Part shown: positions 26,294 through 38,589 of the stretch, one piece after another
Layout: every line of letters starts with the position of its first letter
How positions within the stretch are numbered: position 1 is the stretch's first letter
Assembly: GCA_026770705.1 (NCBI GenBank)
Contig: JANJGN010000392.1
Span: 186,001-250,000, forward strand
DNA from: Isurus oxyrinchus
Lineage: Eukaryota
Direction of reading: 5' to 3'
Length of the DNA stretch: 64,000 nt
The notes under the pieces: model-generated
What the model was told of the DNA's origin: nothing
The model's database searches: none
The model's input: only the letters and a program-made list of their open reading frames with translations
Position numbers and translations under genes: made by a program

Positions 26294-26700
26294 ATGATAC
26301 AGGGAGCAGTTATATCACTTTCGCAAGACTCTGGAGCGCACCCTATGGTAATCCTTAGAATAGGAGACACACATTTACGAGCCTTGGTGGACAATGGCGA
26401 TACCCTTTCCTCAGTACCTCCCTCCCTGGGATTACCCCTTAGTCAGAAAAGGGTAGTAACCGCAGGAGTGGCAGCCGTTCCCTTGTTGGAACCTCCATCT
26501 AAGCGAGTTGCCTTGTCACTGGAAGACAAACGTGTGGAAGAAACTCTGTTACTTTCAAAAACCACTCCTTTACACTTGTGGGGAGGCCAGACTCTGTGTA
26601 AATTAGGGGTCACTATTTACTTCATGCCACAAGGCATGTACATGGAAGTGCCCAGACCCCAAACTCACCACTTCACATTCTTGCTCCTTGCCTTTGAGGA
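26294..26700 (+). pseudogene. pro: ERV aspartic protease
   Basis: ALVDNGDTLS (LVDTGA) and TPLHLWGGQTLCKLG (NLLGRDLL.KL). Confidence 0.85.
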
Positions 26701-26729
26701 CGCCCCTGAGACTAAGTCTGAAACAATTT

Positions 26730-27200
26730 TATATGTTGGCATCTTGAAGATAATGCTTACATGGCAGGGATGGGCCGATTGTGGCAAGAACTTGATATAT
26801 TACCTAATGCTCCACCTATTAAAACCCTAAAAAGCTTGATACAGGTAGTGCTGAATTACTCCCGTCTGCATTGTACCACATGGTATACAGTGAAAGATAA
26901 CCCCGAATATCATCAAAAGGCCAGCATTCTCATAGGAACAGTGACTCCCATCTGTCCTGATCCCTACCTTTACTTTGCCGAGGCGGGCTTGGGCATACTG
27001 GGACCGCAGTGCAGCAGCCTCTGTTTCAAGAAAACTCTGAGTCTGTGCCCCATCTGATCCTTGCAATTCGGCCCCCTTTCAGTCACACCATATACGTCCT
27101 ATGATAAAAAGGCTTCAACAGATCCCTACCTCTGTATGCCTTGGGTCAGTTGAATGGTTCGGATCTGTGGAGGTTAGGATCCATCTCCCAGGGATTTCTG
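26730..27200 (+). pseudogene. 2H-phosphoesterase-like domain between PR and RT
   Basis: LHCT at 26866-26877 and, after a frameshift, LFQ..SVPHLILA at ~27021-27066; the two Hx(T/S)-type motifs are ~60 codons apart. Confidence 0.6.
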
Positions 27201-27299
27201 GGGACTCCTGTAAATTAATTGACCCCAAAGCCAAATTTCAACAACAACAGCCCCCTGAGCAATCTGACTTTATATGTCCCTATGCGTTAGACGTTGCCG

Positions 27300-30200
27300 A
27301 GGGTGGTCTGTGGGCTTTGCATAAAAATCATGTCGGTCGAGTGCTCTCCGCCCCAGATCATTGTGTTAAGCTGTGATAAAATGTTGTCCTGCCCTGCGTT
27401 CAGCAGTATCGGTTAACCACTGATGCTGAGACAGGCATAGCTCCTGTTGTAAATGCTCTGCTTCATCAAGGGGTTCTTAAATCCACCGTTAGCCACTGTG
27501 ACACGCCCATATTACCAAAACCTAAAATTGGACAGCCAAACGAATGGTGTTTTGTACAGGAGTTGCGAGCATAAATTGCATTGCTGTCCCCATAGCACCA
27601 GTAGTACCCAATGTAAATGTAATCCTGTCCTCCATCCCGACTACCGCCATGCTTTATACCGTGATAGAACTATGCTCTGCTTTCTTTTCTATCCCGCTCC
27701 ATCCCCACAGTCAGTATTTGTTCACTTGTACGAATAAAGAGCCGCAATATACCTGGACGATGTTTCCCCAGGGATACACTGAAAGTCCTGCTGTATACAC
27801 TGCTGCATTAAATGGAACTTGGACGAATGTTATTTAACTGGGAACTCCACACTTATACAGGATGCCAATGATCTTTTAGTGGCCTCATCTACACTAAAAG
27901 ACTGTGTGAAAGACTCAACTACTTTACTTCAATTCCTAGCAACGAGAGACCATAGAGTATCAGAGTAAACTGCAGTTCTGCCAGCCACTAGTTCTGTATC
28001 TGGAATTCACTTTAAAAAAGGGACTCATCAGATCGGACCAGAATGGCTACAAGCCATCCTGTGGATACCTGCGCCTAAAACAAAGAAAGAGATTATTTCC
28101 TTCCCAGGTATAGTGGGCTATTGCAGACAGTGCATTCCCGATTACTGTCTATATGATGCTGTCCTCTGTGGAGCTACGATGAAGGAAGCACCTTTGTTTG
28201 TCCAGTGGACTTCAAAACAGGAGGCATCGTTTAAGACTTTCAAAGCAGCTGTAACCACGGCCCGGGCTCTCGGGTTACCCAACTATCTGTGTCCCTTTCA
28301 GATGCACTTTTGCAAAAGGAAGGGATTCGCCACCGGAGTTCTTTCTCAGACCATAATGGAGGTAGGCGACCGACCACTTGTTATTCTATGGCTCTTCCTG
28401 CTGTGGTGATGGGGATGCCTGCTTGTCTCCATGCTGTTGCAGCCGCGGCCACAATGGTTGAGAAGTCGTTGCCTGTTAGTCCTCGATCACCCTTGTGAGG
28501 TATGAGTGCCCCAAGCCATCATGCTGCTGGTAGATTCTGCTGCTACACAACATTTTACTGCCTCATGACGCACGGGGTATGAAGTTATTTTATTATCGCA
28601 TCACAACTACACGTATCGCCTATCGCCGGCCATTAACACCACTAGTTTTTCTCCCAAGTCCCCAGAAGAGGTGGAGCATGACTGTATTGCCATGGTCGAG
28701 CAGTCCATTTCTTTTAGAAGGGATTTGCAGATGGAGCTACTTCGGGACACAGATGTTATTTCTTACACCGACGGCTCCTCTCAGCGACCTAGATTCTATT
28801 TGCTCATCACCGATTAAGCTGTTTTGAGTCAATGCCACATCATAGAAGCTTACACACTACCCGCTGGCACTTCAGCCAAGGCAGCAGAACTGTTTGCTCT
28901 AACCAGTGCTTGTATCCTGGCCAAAGTTTTAACGGCCAATATTTATACCGATTCCCGATATGCCTTTGGTGTTGTCCAAGATTTTGGTGAAATATGCAAA
29001 AATCGGGGTTTTATTACATCAACAGGTTGGTCTATTAAATATTCCCAGCTCGTGCTGAACCTCCGAGAAGTGATTCAATTGCCGAAATGTCTGGCGGTTA
29101 TTAAATGTGAAGAACACACTAAATTGACTGATGATGTCTCTGTAAGAAATGCTCGCACTGACCAAGCAGCGAAAGAGGTCGCAGCTGTGCAAACCCCCCA
29201 TGTTCCAAATCGAGCCCCCTTCCTGCTCTGGAGTCTGCTCAGTTGCAGGCAGCCCAACAAAATGGTACGAAGCAGGAAACACGGGCATGGGAAATGGCAC
29301 AATGCTATTACAAAAAGGGTTTTTGGTTCCATTCGGATGGTCGACTGGTTTGTCCTCGAAGTCTGTTTTTTGCCCCCGTGTCGCCTAATTCATGCACAGA
29401 CACACATGGGGAATGAGGGGAGGCAGCATGCAATAAAGCAAGAAATGATTGTACCTGTTATCACTCCAACTATCCAAAGAATCACTCGTTCTTGCTTAAC
29501 CTGCTAGCAGAATAATAAAGGGACAGCAGCAGCTAAGTACAATCACCTGCCAATGCCTGTAATGCCTTTTGAAAACTGGAAAATTGATTTCGTACATATG
29601 CCCCTGGCCTCAGGGTATAAGTATTTATTGTTAATAGTAGATACGTTCACCCGATGGGTTGAAGCCTACCCTACACGAAGGGGTGATGCACGAACATTAG
29701 TGAGAATATTGTGGAAAGAACTGATACCTAGGTACGGAATACCTATGGGAATAAACAGTGATCGAGCAACTCACTTTACTGGGAACATAGTGAAGGATTT
29801 AGTGCAGAACATGGATTTTCAATGGATGTTGCATATTCTGTACCAGCCACAGTCCTCAGGAATAGTTGAAAAGGTAAATGGGGAACTAAAGAACACCTTA
29901 TCTAAGTTTCTCAGGATACTAAACTTTCGTGGCCCGAAGCGCTCCCAGTAATGCTCTTTGCTACGCGAAACTGAAAGAATAGAGTTACTGGATTAACACT
30001 CCATGAGGACCTCATGGGACAAACCATGATGATTGGAGCCCAACCTCCTGCTTGTGCAGAGAGATTAGTCTTAATTTGGAATGATGAACAGTCCCTGGCT
30101 TACTCCCAGACAATTTGTAAAACAGCAACTGAACTACATGAGATAGTTAGGCTGGCTCAGGCAACCGTGGGCTATGCACCAATACACACCTTTCAGCTGG

Positions 30201-30360
30201 GTGATCAAGTGTATGTAAATCATTTAAACAAAGATTTTTTTTTCTCCTAGGTGGCAAGGACCCTATCTGTTAGTGCTGACCACTCGAACGGCCCTGAAGG
30301 TTAAATGGAAGGAAGATTGGATCCACGTCACTCGTTGCAACAAACATTGTCCAGCAGTTG
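27300..30360 (+). pseudogene. pol: ERV pol RT-RNaseH-IN (disrupted)
   Basis: TPILPKPK..WCFVQELRAIN, IELCSAFFSIPL, FPQGYTESP, LIQDANDLL (decayed YVDD), YTDGSS, AELFAL, NIYTDSRYAFGVV, H..THMG..CLTC, IDFVHMP/SDRATHFT/SGIVEKVN, WQGPY. Confidence 0.95.
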
Positions 30361-30379
30361 TTTAACGATTTCTAATAGT

Positions 30380-31775
30380 GTATCAGCTTGTGTAATGTAT
30401 CAGATACGTTATTTGCTATATGTTATCCTTTTGCTATTTTTTATCGAGTGTATCTAAAGGATTGCCACCCTGGCACTTTTTTGTCTTTATGCCGCACCTA
30501 TGCTGGAAAAGTCAGACAGGGTGTCTGTTGGATACGTGCCCAGATTCCCAACCATGGGGGTGAGTCAAGCACCTATCAGGCAAAACCCCTGACTGAGGAA
30601 GAAAGAACGGATCTCACAAACTTTCTTATCCTGTCAGATGATGCAGAACCCAATATGTTTAGAGGGTGGTTCCTTCGCTCTCCCCCTGCTAAGTAATGGA
30701 ACTACACAAAGCATGGGATAAGAATCAGGCCCCCTCCAGTACCAATAAACGCCACCTGTTGGTGTTCGACTCTTGCAACCGGTACCTATAACCTGGGAAA
30801 TAGTAGTTGCCCAAACACAATTTCTAATAGACCTGGTAGTTATGATCCTAAAAATCCTTTACATGGTACTTACTGGGTTTGTGGAGAAAAAGCATATCCC
30901 TGGCTGCCTGGGATGCCACAATTCTCTTCCCTTTTTAATCGAAATACCGATAATTTGGTCAAGGGCACTATCACGCCCACCTGGAGTGGTTGCTGCTGCC
31001 TACCATATTTGAATCCATACCTCCGCTATATAAGTAAGTTAGATATTAACACACATCTGCGTCTGTATCTCCGTGGCATCTCGGAGTCCAAATGATTTTG
31101 GATGATTCGCATCCACTCATACGGGACTGCGTGTAATTCCCAAGAGGCTATCAACCATGCGGCTGCGCTTGAAAAATTTGCCATTTCAACAGCTGATGCT
31201 TTTATTGAGACACAGGAACAGATTTCAGCTGCCAGTACTGAAATGATAGCCCTATGCCTAACAGCTCTGCAAAATAGAATGGCCCTTGACTTCCTCCAAG
31301 CTGAAAAGGGCAGTGTTTGTGCCATGATAGGTTCAGAATACTGCACTTATGTGCCTTATGTTTCTGAGAATATTACTAACCTGGGGCAGCACGTTTTAGA
31401 TAAAGTGCAAGAAATAAAGAAAGTTGGGGAAAGATTGAGAATTTTTGTAACAAGGATTCCTAGTGGGCTGCAGTAATGGGGTGGTTGTGGAAGTTGGCTG
31501 CTGTATGATTTAATTGGATTAGTTTTAATTGATGTAAGAGGGTGTTTTGCATGTGCTACTTTGAACATTTGCTGTGTCCACTGTTTTAATGGAGCTATGA
31601 ATGGAGCCACCACTGGATTAGGAGGAACTCCAATCATTCCACAATTGATGCGCACTGGCCACAGCAAAAACGATTGGTGGGTAGAAAAAGTTTACCCTGC
31701 CATGGATCGGCCTTTTCCTTATGGTTATGAGCGCACTTATGATAATGAATATACTATTCATCATTGGTATTAATC
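30380..31775 (+). pseudogene. env: ERV gamma-type env (disrupted)
   Basis: VCWIR (CWIC), WSGCC.L, immunosuppressive domain LQNRMALDFLQAEKGSVCAMIGSEYC (CX6CC-like), hydrophobic TM at ~31495-31580. Confidence 0.9.
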
Positions 31776-31797
31776 TACAAGGTTAACAAGGAGGGAT

Positions 31798-32396
31798 TGT
31801 GGAAGAATAAGATACATCTACAAGACAACTAAGGGTTAAGCGGTTTAAATCATAGTGAAAAACTGGGCACATTTCCCTCTTTTGTTGCCGCAGGCACACC
31901 TGCAGCTGCCCGGTAATTTAGCAGGAAGGGAGAAAAGGATTCTGTTAAACAAGTTTCCTTTAATCCATGAGGCAACGCTAGGATGTCTGCCCCCAACACA
32001 AAGAGACAAGATCAAGCAATGGTCATCTGTTCTCAAGAATGTCCACCCCCAGGCAATAAAGATAGGGACAAGCAGGGTAATCTATTCTCTGTCTCACTTT
32101 CTATCTCCAGCTGCTACGATCCTGGGTAGTCATGAACTAGAATAGAACAATTTTGTACTGTATGCCAAAGATAATGGTTGTCAATGTAATTAATTATTGA
32201 AGGTTAGGCAGTTTTATCACCTTCATGCTCTTTGATATGCGCGACTATTACTATAACTATGTGTGTACGCTGATGCTGGCTCAGAGTGTCAGCTAGCTCC
32301 ATTATATACTACTCGGCTTTCCGTGATATCACAATTAAAAAAGGGTTTCCGAGATGAAGTTCCTGCATCTGAGTGTTCACTCCGATTTCCGTGATA
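31798..32396 (+). repeat. ERV 3' LTR
   Basis: Preceded by PPT AACAAGGAGGGA; starts TGTGGAAGA; by eye roughly 80-85% identical to the 5' LTR. Confidence 0.92.
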
Positions 32397-32770
32397 TTTA
32401 CTAACAAGGAAACCCCAAGCCCTCTGCAAACTTGCCTTTCTTTTCGATAGGATATCTGTCCTTGGGTATTTAGCTCCTAGTCCTGATCCCCTTGCAGCCA
32501 TGTCTCCGTGATGCCCACCACATCATACCTGCCAATTTCAATATACACCACAAGTTCATTTAACTTATTTCGTATATTGCGTGCATTCAGATACAACAAC
32601 TTCACTCCTGTATTTCCTCTCCCCTTTCTCATTGCCGTCCCTTTATCTGATGTGCTTGAAGTTAGATTCCTAGCCCCTGCCAAACAATCTGCCCTATTTT
32701 GTGTTTGAGAGACTTTAATATCCTCTCCTGAGCAATCCGTTCTTTTCTTCTTTTTGCATAACTTTCCAGG
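32397..32770 (-). mobile_element. CR1 LINE, right part (ORF2 N-terminal endonuclease)
   Basis: LYLNARNIRNKLNEL..YDVVGITETWL; continues 23357. Confidence 0.9.
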
Positions 32771-33289
32771 AAGTTCATTCCACCCCCACCCCCTAGCACC
32801 CCCCCCACCCCTCCACCCACCCGACCCGCACAAACGCACACACGTTAACCTGCTGCTTTGTTTCCCACAAGTGCAGTTTAGAGAGAGTCTGGAACAAGAA
32901 ACAGTAACACAAATTACAGTAGTTGCTAAAAGAGCCCGAGGGGACATAAATATAAAACTGATTGTACACATTTGTTATAATCTGGAATCTACCATCTGAA
33001 GAGATTTTGTAAACGGATACAACAGTGAGATTACAAAGGGTGCTGGATAAATATTGGCGGTGCTGCAGAGCTTTGCTAAAACTGGAAAGATGACGGGCAA
33101 TATATCCTACAAATTCAGCACAGACAAGATGGACCAAATGGATTCCATTCAAGCTGGATAAGACTCCGATTTTGTGCCAACAGACCAATTGAGACCGTCT
33201 CGGGAATTTATAATGTTGAGCAAATGAATAGAACAACGAGCGAAACGCAAATGTTGGTTCTGCCTTGACATAGGACACTCAACAAAACA

Positions 33290-34910
33290 TAGCAGGAATG
33301 TTGGGGGAAACAGGTTTTAGTGAGAGGCAGGGACTGAAGAAGTCAGTTTTAGGAGGGGAATAGTGTTAGCGAAATTGATTGGATTGAAGGCCGGTAAATC
33401 CTCAGGGACTGATCGTCTAGAACCAGGAGCATATTGGATGCATTGGTGGCCGTCTTACGAGATTCCATAGACTTTGGAATAGTTCCTACTGGCACTGCTT
33501 GTAGGGTAGCTAAAGTAACTCTACTGTTCCAAAAGGGTGGCAGAGAGAAGACAGACTAATAGACCAGTCAGACTGTGGTCTGCAGTGGGGGAATTTCTGG
33601 AGTGCATTATACAACAGTTAATATCTGACATTGGGGAAACAGTGGCAGAATCGGACAGAGGCAGCATGCATTTGCTTTGACAAATCTATTGGAATTTAAA
33701 AAGAGCGTAACTATTGGAGTTCATGATGGGGAGCCAGTGGATTTTATTTATTTGGAATTTCAGAAGGCTTTTGACAAAAATCTTACTTAGCATGTAAAAT
33801 GAAAGCAAGCGATTGGTGAAATTATTTGAGATCGATAGAAAACTGGTTGGTAGACATGAAAAAAAAACATGATTAAAAATAAACAGGCCTTTTTCCGAAT
33901 AGCAGGCATTGACTAGCTTGTTCCACAGGAATAGGTGCTGGGGCCCAAGCCACTAGCACCACATATGAATGATTTAGATGAGGGAATTAAATATAATGCC
34001 TCCAAATTTACAGATGACGCATTGCTGGGTGGAACTTTGAGCTGCTAGGAGGGTGCGTAGATGCTTCAATTTGATTTGGACAAGCTCTGTTTGTGGGCTA
34101 CTACATGGCAGATGCTGTATAATTTGCGTAAAAGTGTGGCTTCCTTTGTTTGCAAACACAAGAATGCGGATTGTTATCTGAATGGCAATGCATTAAGAGC
34201 AGGTAATGGAAAGCATTAAATGTTGTATATCAGACACATAAGGGGAATATGGAAGTGCAGCAGGTGTTAATGAAGTAAATGGTATGAAGTATTTTGGGCC
34301 TTCATTCCGTGTGGATCAGAGTGAAGGACCAGGGATATCTTCCTACAATTATCGAAGGCCTCAGTGAGACAACATGTGTAACATTGTGCACAGTTTTGGT
34401 ATCCTTATCTGAGGAAGGTTGTTTTTGCTATAGATGGAATGCAGCGAAAGTTTAACACACTAATTCCTGGGATGGTGCTAATGACAGGTCACGACACGTT
34501 GAGACGTGTAGGATTATATGTGCTGGAGTGCAGTAAAATGAGAGAGCGTCTCACAGAAATCTATACAATTCTAAAAGGACCAGGCTGGGTAGATGCAGGA
34601 AAGCTGTTCCCGATGATGAGGGAGTCCAGAACCAGGGTTGACTGTCTGATGATGCAAGGCAGATTATATAGGTCCAAAATGAGGAGAAACTCTTCACTCA
34701 AAGAGAGGTGAGCCTTTGGAATTCGAAACCACAGAAAGTAGTTGAGGCCAATACATTGTATTTTTTTGTAGGGGCGAAATGGATCAAAGTATACAGGGGA
34801 AAAGCGGAAGCAGTCGGTTGAGGTAAATGATCAGCCATGATCATAATGAATGGCGGAGCAGGCCCGTAGGGCAGAATGGCCTATTCCTGCTCCTATTTTC
34901 TATGTTTCTC
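33290..34910 (+). mobile_element. Decayed CR1 (RT to 3' end), duplication copy A
   Basis: VTLLFQKG, YLEFQKAFDK, SKFTDD, 3' UTR 'gaatggcctattcctgctcctattttctatgtttc'. Confidence 0.9.
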
Positions 34911-35289
34911 GATATGACATCATTATTAACGAAGTTTCAGAAGTTTTTGTGTCAGAGATTAATCTTTGCTTACTCTCTGATAAGTGTGACAGCAGAAAGG
35001 AGGGCACAGGAGGTTCTGAGTCAAGTTGTGTTGACAGTATGATCAATGGAGAATGATGTTCCACCTGATTACAGAGCTCAACTGGCTTTGTTCAATAAAT
35101 CACAAACTCATTGATCTCATTTCTGTTTTCCGTCTGTTCTTGAAAGGTCATGCGTGACAGTGAAAAAGATTGATGGTATCCAAGGTCTCAGGTGCCTATT
35201 CCGGCTGAAGTAAAAAAAACACCATGAAACTATCTCGAAAGAGAACAGAGGAGCTCTTCCAGTTGCCCTGGCAAGAAAATACCCCACGC

Positions 35290-35740
35290 CACGACTGGTA
35301 CTAAATTAAAATTCGATGAAAACCAGGGCCAGTAATGAGGATGACAAAGCAGCTGATTAACACTGTTAATTTTCTTTCAGGGAAGTAAACCTGCTGCCTT
35401 TGCTTGGTCTGGACTTTATGTGAATCCAGGGCTGCTGTGATTTAGTTGACACATCAGTGACCTCTGAACAGGTTACAAAGAGAAATAATAGCTGAGAAAA
35501 TGAAAAATGATTTGGTTGTTGGAGGTCATTAATCGCAGCTCTAGGACATCACTGCGGGATTCCCTCTGGGTATTGTTTTTGGCCCAACTATTTTCAGCTG
35601 CTTAATCAATGAATTTGCCTGCATGAAAGGTCAGCAGTGGCAACGTTCACTGATGATAGGGCAATGTTCAGGGCCATTCATGACTCTGCAGATACTGAAA
35701 CAGTCCATGCCCACATGCAGCAATACCTGAATGTTATCCA
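35290..35740 (+). mobile_element. DeuSINE core followed by LINE RT fragment (paralog at ~48500-48970)
   Basis: Deu-like 'tttcagggaagtaaacctgctgcctttgcttggtctggactttatgtgaatccag', then G.PLG..GPTIFSCLIN. Confidence 0.6.
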
Positions 35741-38179
35741 GGTACAAAATATCTGCAAAAAGCAGCTGGGACTCGGCATCAAGAGAGAGAGAAGCACCTA
35801 ATGCTGTCTGCCATCATTGTTATTTTCCGGGGATAATGAGCAGCACTACAATCGTGAAAATTCAGCAACAGATACTATTGCCCTCTCTCTCGCTGACGGA
35901 GCTGAACAGATGATTATGATCCTAACAATTTTTATTAAATTTCACTGCTACGTTTATGGAATAACAAATGATTGTTTTAGTAAATAGATGCACGTAATGG
36001 ATAACAGCCACTCTCTACATATGAGCAAATACAAAAAAAGGTTATTGGGACAATTATTTGTAAACAAACATTATCAACAAAAAGCACAGAAGAAGAGTCA
36101 GCTAGGCTCGAAGCAATAAATATCCTTATCTTCACAGATCCTGCCAGGGATACCGATTTGTATTCAAGTGTTTTCTGTTTGTGTTAGGAAAATGTGTTCT
36201 GCACACACATGCATAAAAACAATAAATACATGGACACATTTATTACTTAAACGAATGCAACACCCTGGAGGCAGCTGATTGCCTCCTATTAGGTGAATTT
36301 AAAGTGATTAGTGTGCCTCTTCGCATATCGAGAGGCAAATTAATTGTATCACTCCAGAAGTGCTTAAACGGTGCATACTAAGGCCTCAGCTGTGTAGGTT
36401 GGCTGCACAGAGACTCTGATTCTGCTCAACATGTTTAGCAATGGACACTCCAGCCTTAGTAGATCAAAGCCTTCCATTCGATAGGTGGGGTTTGTCCCAT
36501 GTTGCTCAACTCAGCTCTATTTAATAAAGGGGTTATTACAAGCACACGATCAGTAAGCTTGAACATGAGCAGGTGAGAGAACTCATCCTCAGTGAGACAC
36601 AGCCTGAGTGAGTCAGACTATTGGCAATTTGGAGCACAGCAGGGATTGAACTAGTGAGTCATTCTCTTTTATTTCTCTAATTATAAAGTTGGTAAAGGTA
36701 CCTGACTCAGCTAAACTTGTGACAGTTAACAGTCAAATACGTGAGGCCTGCTTAGAGCCTGAATATGTTTGAAACTTAAGTCGTGTGAGCCATTTTATCT
36801 CACATCAGTTCAATTTAATATAAGGGCTATAAGAGGCTGACGAGTGAGACCATACATTACCTTGGTAGATACATCATCCTGAGTGAGGCAAAGACTTAGT
36901 GATTGTGGGTATTGGCAATTTGGTGCACAGTGATAATGCGTTATTCTGGGGGAAATGTGATATTCGCGTTATTTCTTTGACATCCAACTTCCTTAAATCT
37001 TCAGAGAATGTTCCTGCCCTGTTGAAGCAGTAAACACAACAAGAAACAGCAATGATCTCAAAATAATAGGAAAGGTTGGGTAATTATTTATGACCTTATT
37101 CGCTTCTAGTTTAAGGTAATTTAGTGGATTATAGTCTGCATATTGTGTAATAACCTGGATCAAGAAATAAGGGTCCTCGATTAATTGGTTTAATTTAATG
37201 GGGTGAGAGAATTGCTGGTAAACCTGGATTAGGCCTCACTCTGCTGCGTGTGAAATAGGGCTGGGCTGAAAAGAGGCCTGATGTTGGCATGTAATGGCCA
37301 CTTGGGATGCTTAATAGGCTCAAAGGTGAGTGGAAAAGTAAAGCCTTACTCTCGTCTACTCCCTCTTAAATTTTAAGGCAGGTCGGGATTGCAGGAGGGA
37401 AGACGCCATTCAGGGCTTGGCCACATACATTTTTGGTACCTCAACACCGCTGTGGGTGGAGTCTGACATCCAAACAATTGCTATTGTTCATACAAATAAA
37501 GAAAACATTGCAAAAATACCAACTTGGTATGTATTAAATGCTCCTTATTGTAAAGTATGTAGGGATATATCATTTTTTGGAAAAGTTCAGTACTGATGAT
37601 ATCTGAAATGGTGCCCAGTAAAAATGTTCAGTTAGAGAATCCTATGTCATACTACATAACAATATGCAATTGTACTAACGTGTTTGTCACAACGACGAAA
37701 AACACAACAACTAGTGAGTGAGTGGAGGTGAGAGCTATTGTCTCAGTGACATACTTACATTATATTGGCTTATTAAAAAAAAAGATATTTGCATTGGGCG
37801 GAAATTGCATGATGTCTTTAATGTTATCCACAATCAGTCACGTGCTCTTTCCAAACCGCCTAGATTTTCCTGATATGCAATTTTTATGCTTTTTATTTTG
37901 CATGCGTCTACAAGTCGGTATGCTTAATGTTTGTTTTTGTTTACACAAAGACGTTTGTTTAATGTTTATGTGAATGTGTTTACTTGAACACGTTTTTTTT
38001 GTTTTTGTCTATGTCTAACCATAAGCACTTGTTTATCTTTGTGTGTATGTGTGCAAATAAACGGTTGAATAGTTTTGTGTTTTCATATCAGTGAAGTTTA
38101 TCAAAATGTTTCATATAAAAGGAAGATTTGTGTAGCTCCATCAGGGATACAAGGCTTGAGTGAGCGTTTTATTTTCTAG

Positions 38180-38464
38180 ACTTTCCTGCCTCCGGCTCAG
38201 AACATTAGTGCTGCACAATGATTGCATACACGTTTACATGTTAATGACTCTCCTGCATCTGAGTCCCTGCGCATTGCTGCAGCCAGTCTGTATATTAATC
38301 GGTGTTGGCGCAATGTTACTTACCACGTGGAAATCCAGAAGGGAATGCTGAAGAGGTCCAGTCACAAATGAGTACAGACTGCTACTGTGTCCAAGGAGTA
38401 ACGAATGATATTGAGCAGTGTGCGTTATCATGAACAAATCTCACTTCCAAAATTATGATTCAGG
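38180..38464 (+). pseudogene. Candidate decayed single-domain (Ig/FN3-type) exon, copy A
   Basis: ttttctAG acceptor, G|GTAGGT donor, 285 nt; begins LPPAQNIS; contains stops and indels; family uncertain. Confidence 0.3.
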
Positions 38465-38589
38465 GTAGGTCACTGAGGAAACAATTGAATATTACTGGAA
38501 ATTGGATATTACTCTGAGGATAATATGCACCCAAACCTGTAGCTGAGATGGGTGACCTGCAACTACTTACCAACATCTTCAGTTTTTAT

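Larger units (their letters stand above)
23358..32396 (+). mobile_element. Full-length decayed class I (epsilon/gamma-like) endogenous retrovirus, LTR-gag-pro-pol-env-LTR
   Basis: Paired LTRs, PBS, PPT, all retroviral domains in order; flanks CTTAC (23353-57) and TTTAC (32397-401); host CR1 resumes after the element. Confidence 0.95.

Noticed and set aside
24542-31775. Active retrovirus or domesticated (syncytin-like) env
   Set aside because: Every gene has multiple stops and frameshifts; the RT YxDD and env CWIC/CX6CC motifs are mutated
35760-36000. Possible GPCR or other exon, well conserved with 48980-49220
   Set aside because: Stops in the frames tried, no convincing motif or splice pair; similarity is explained by the duplication
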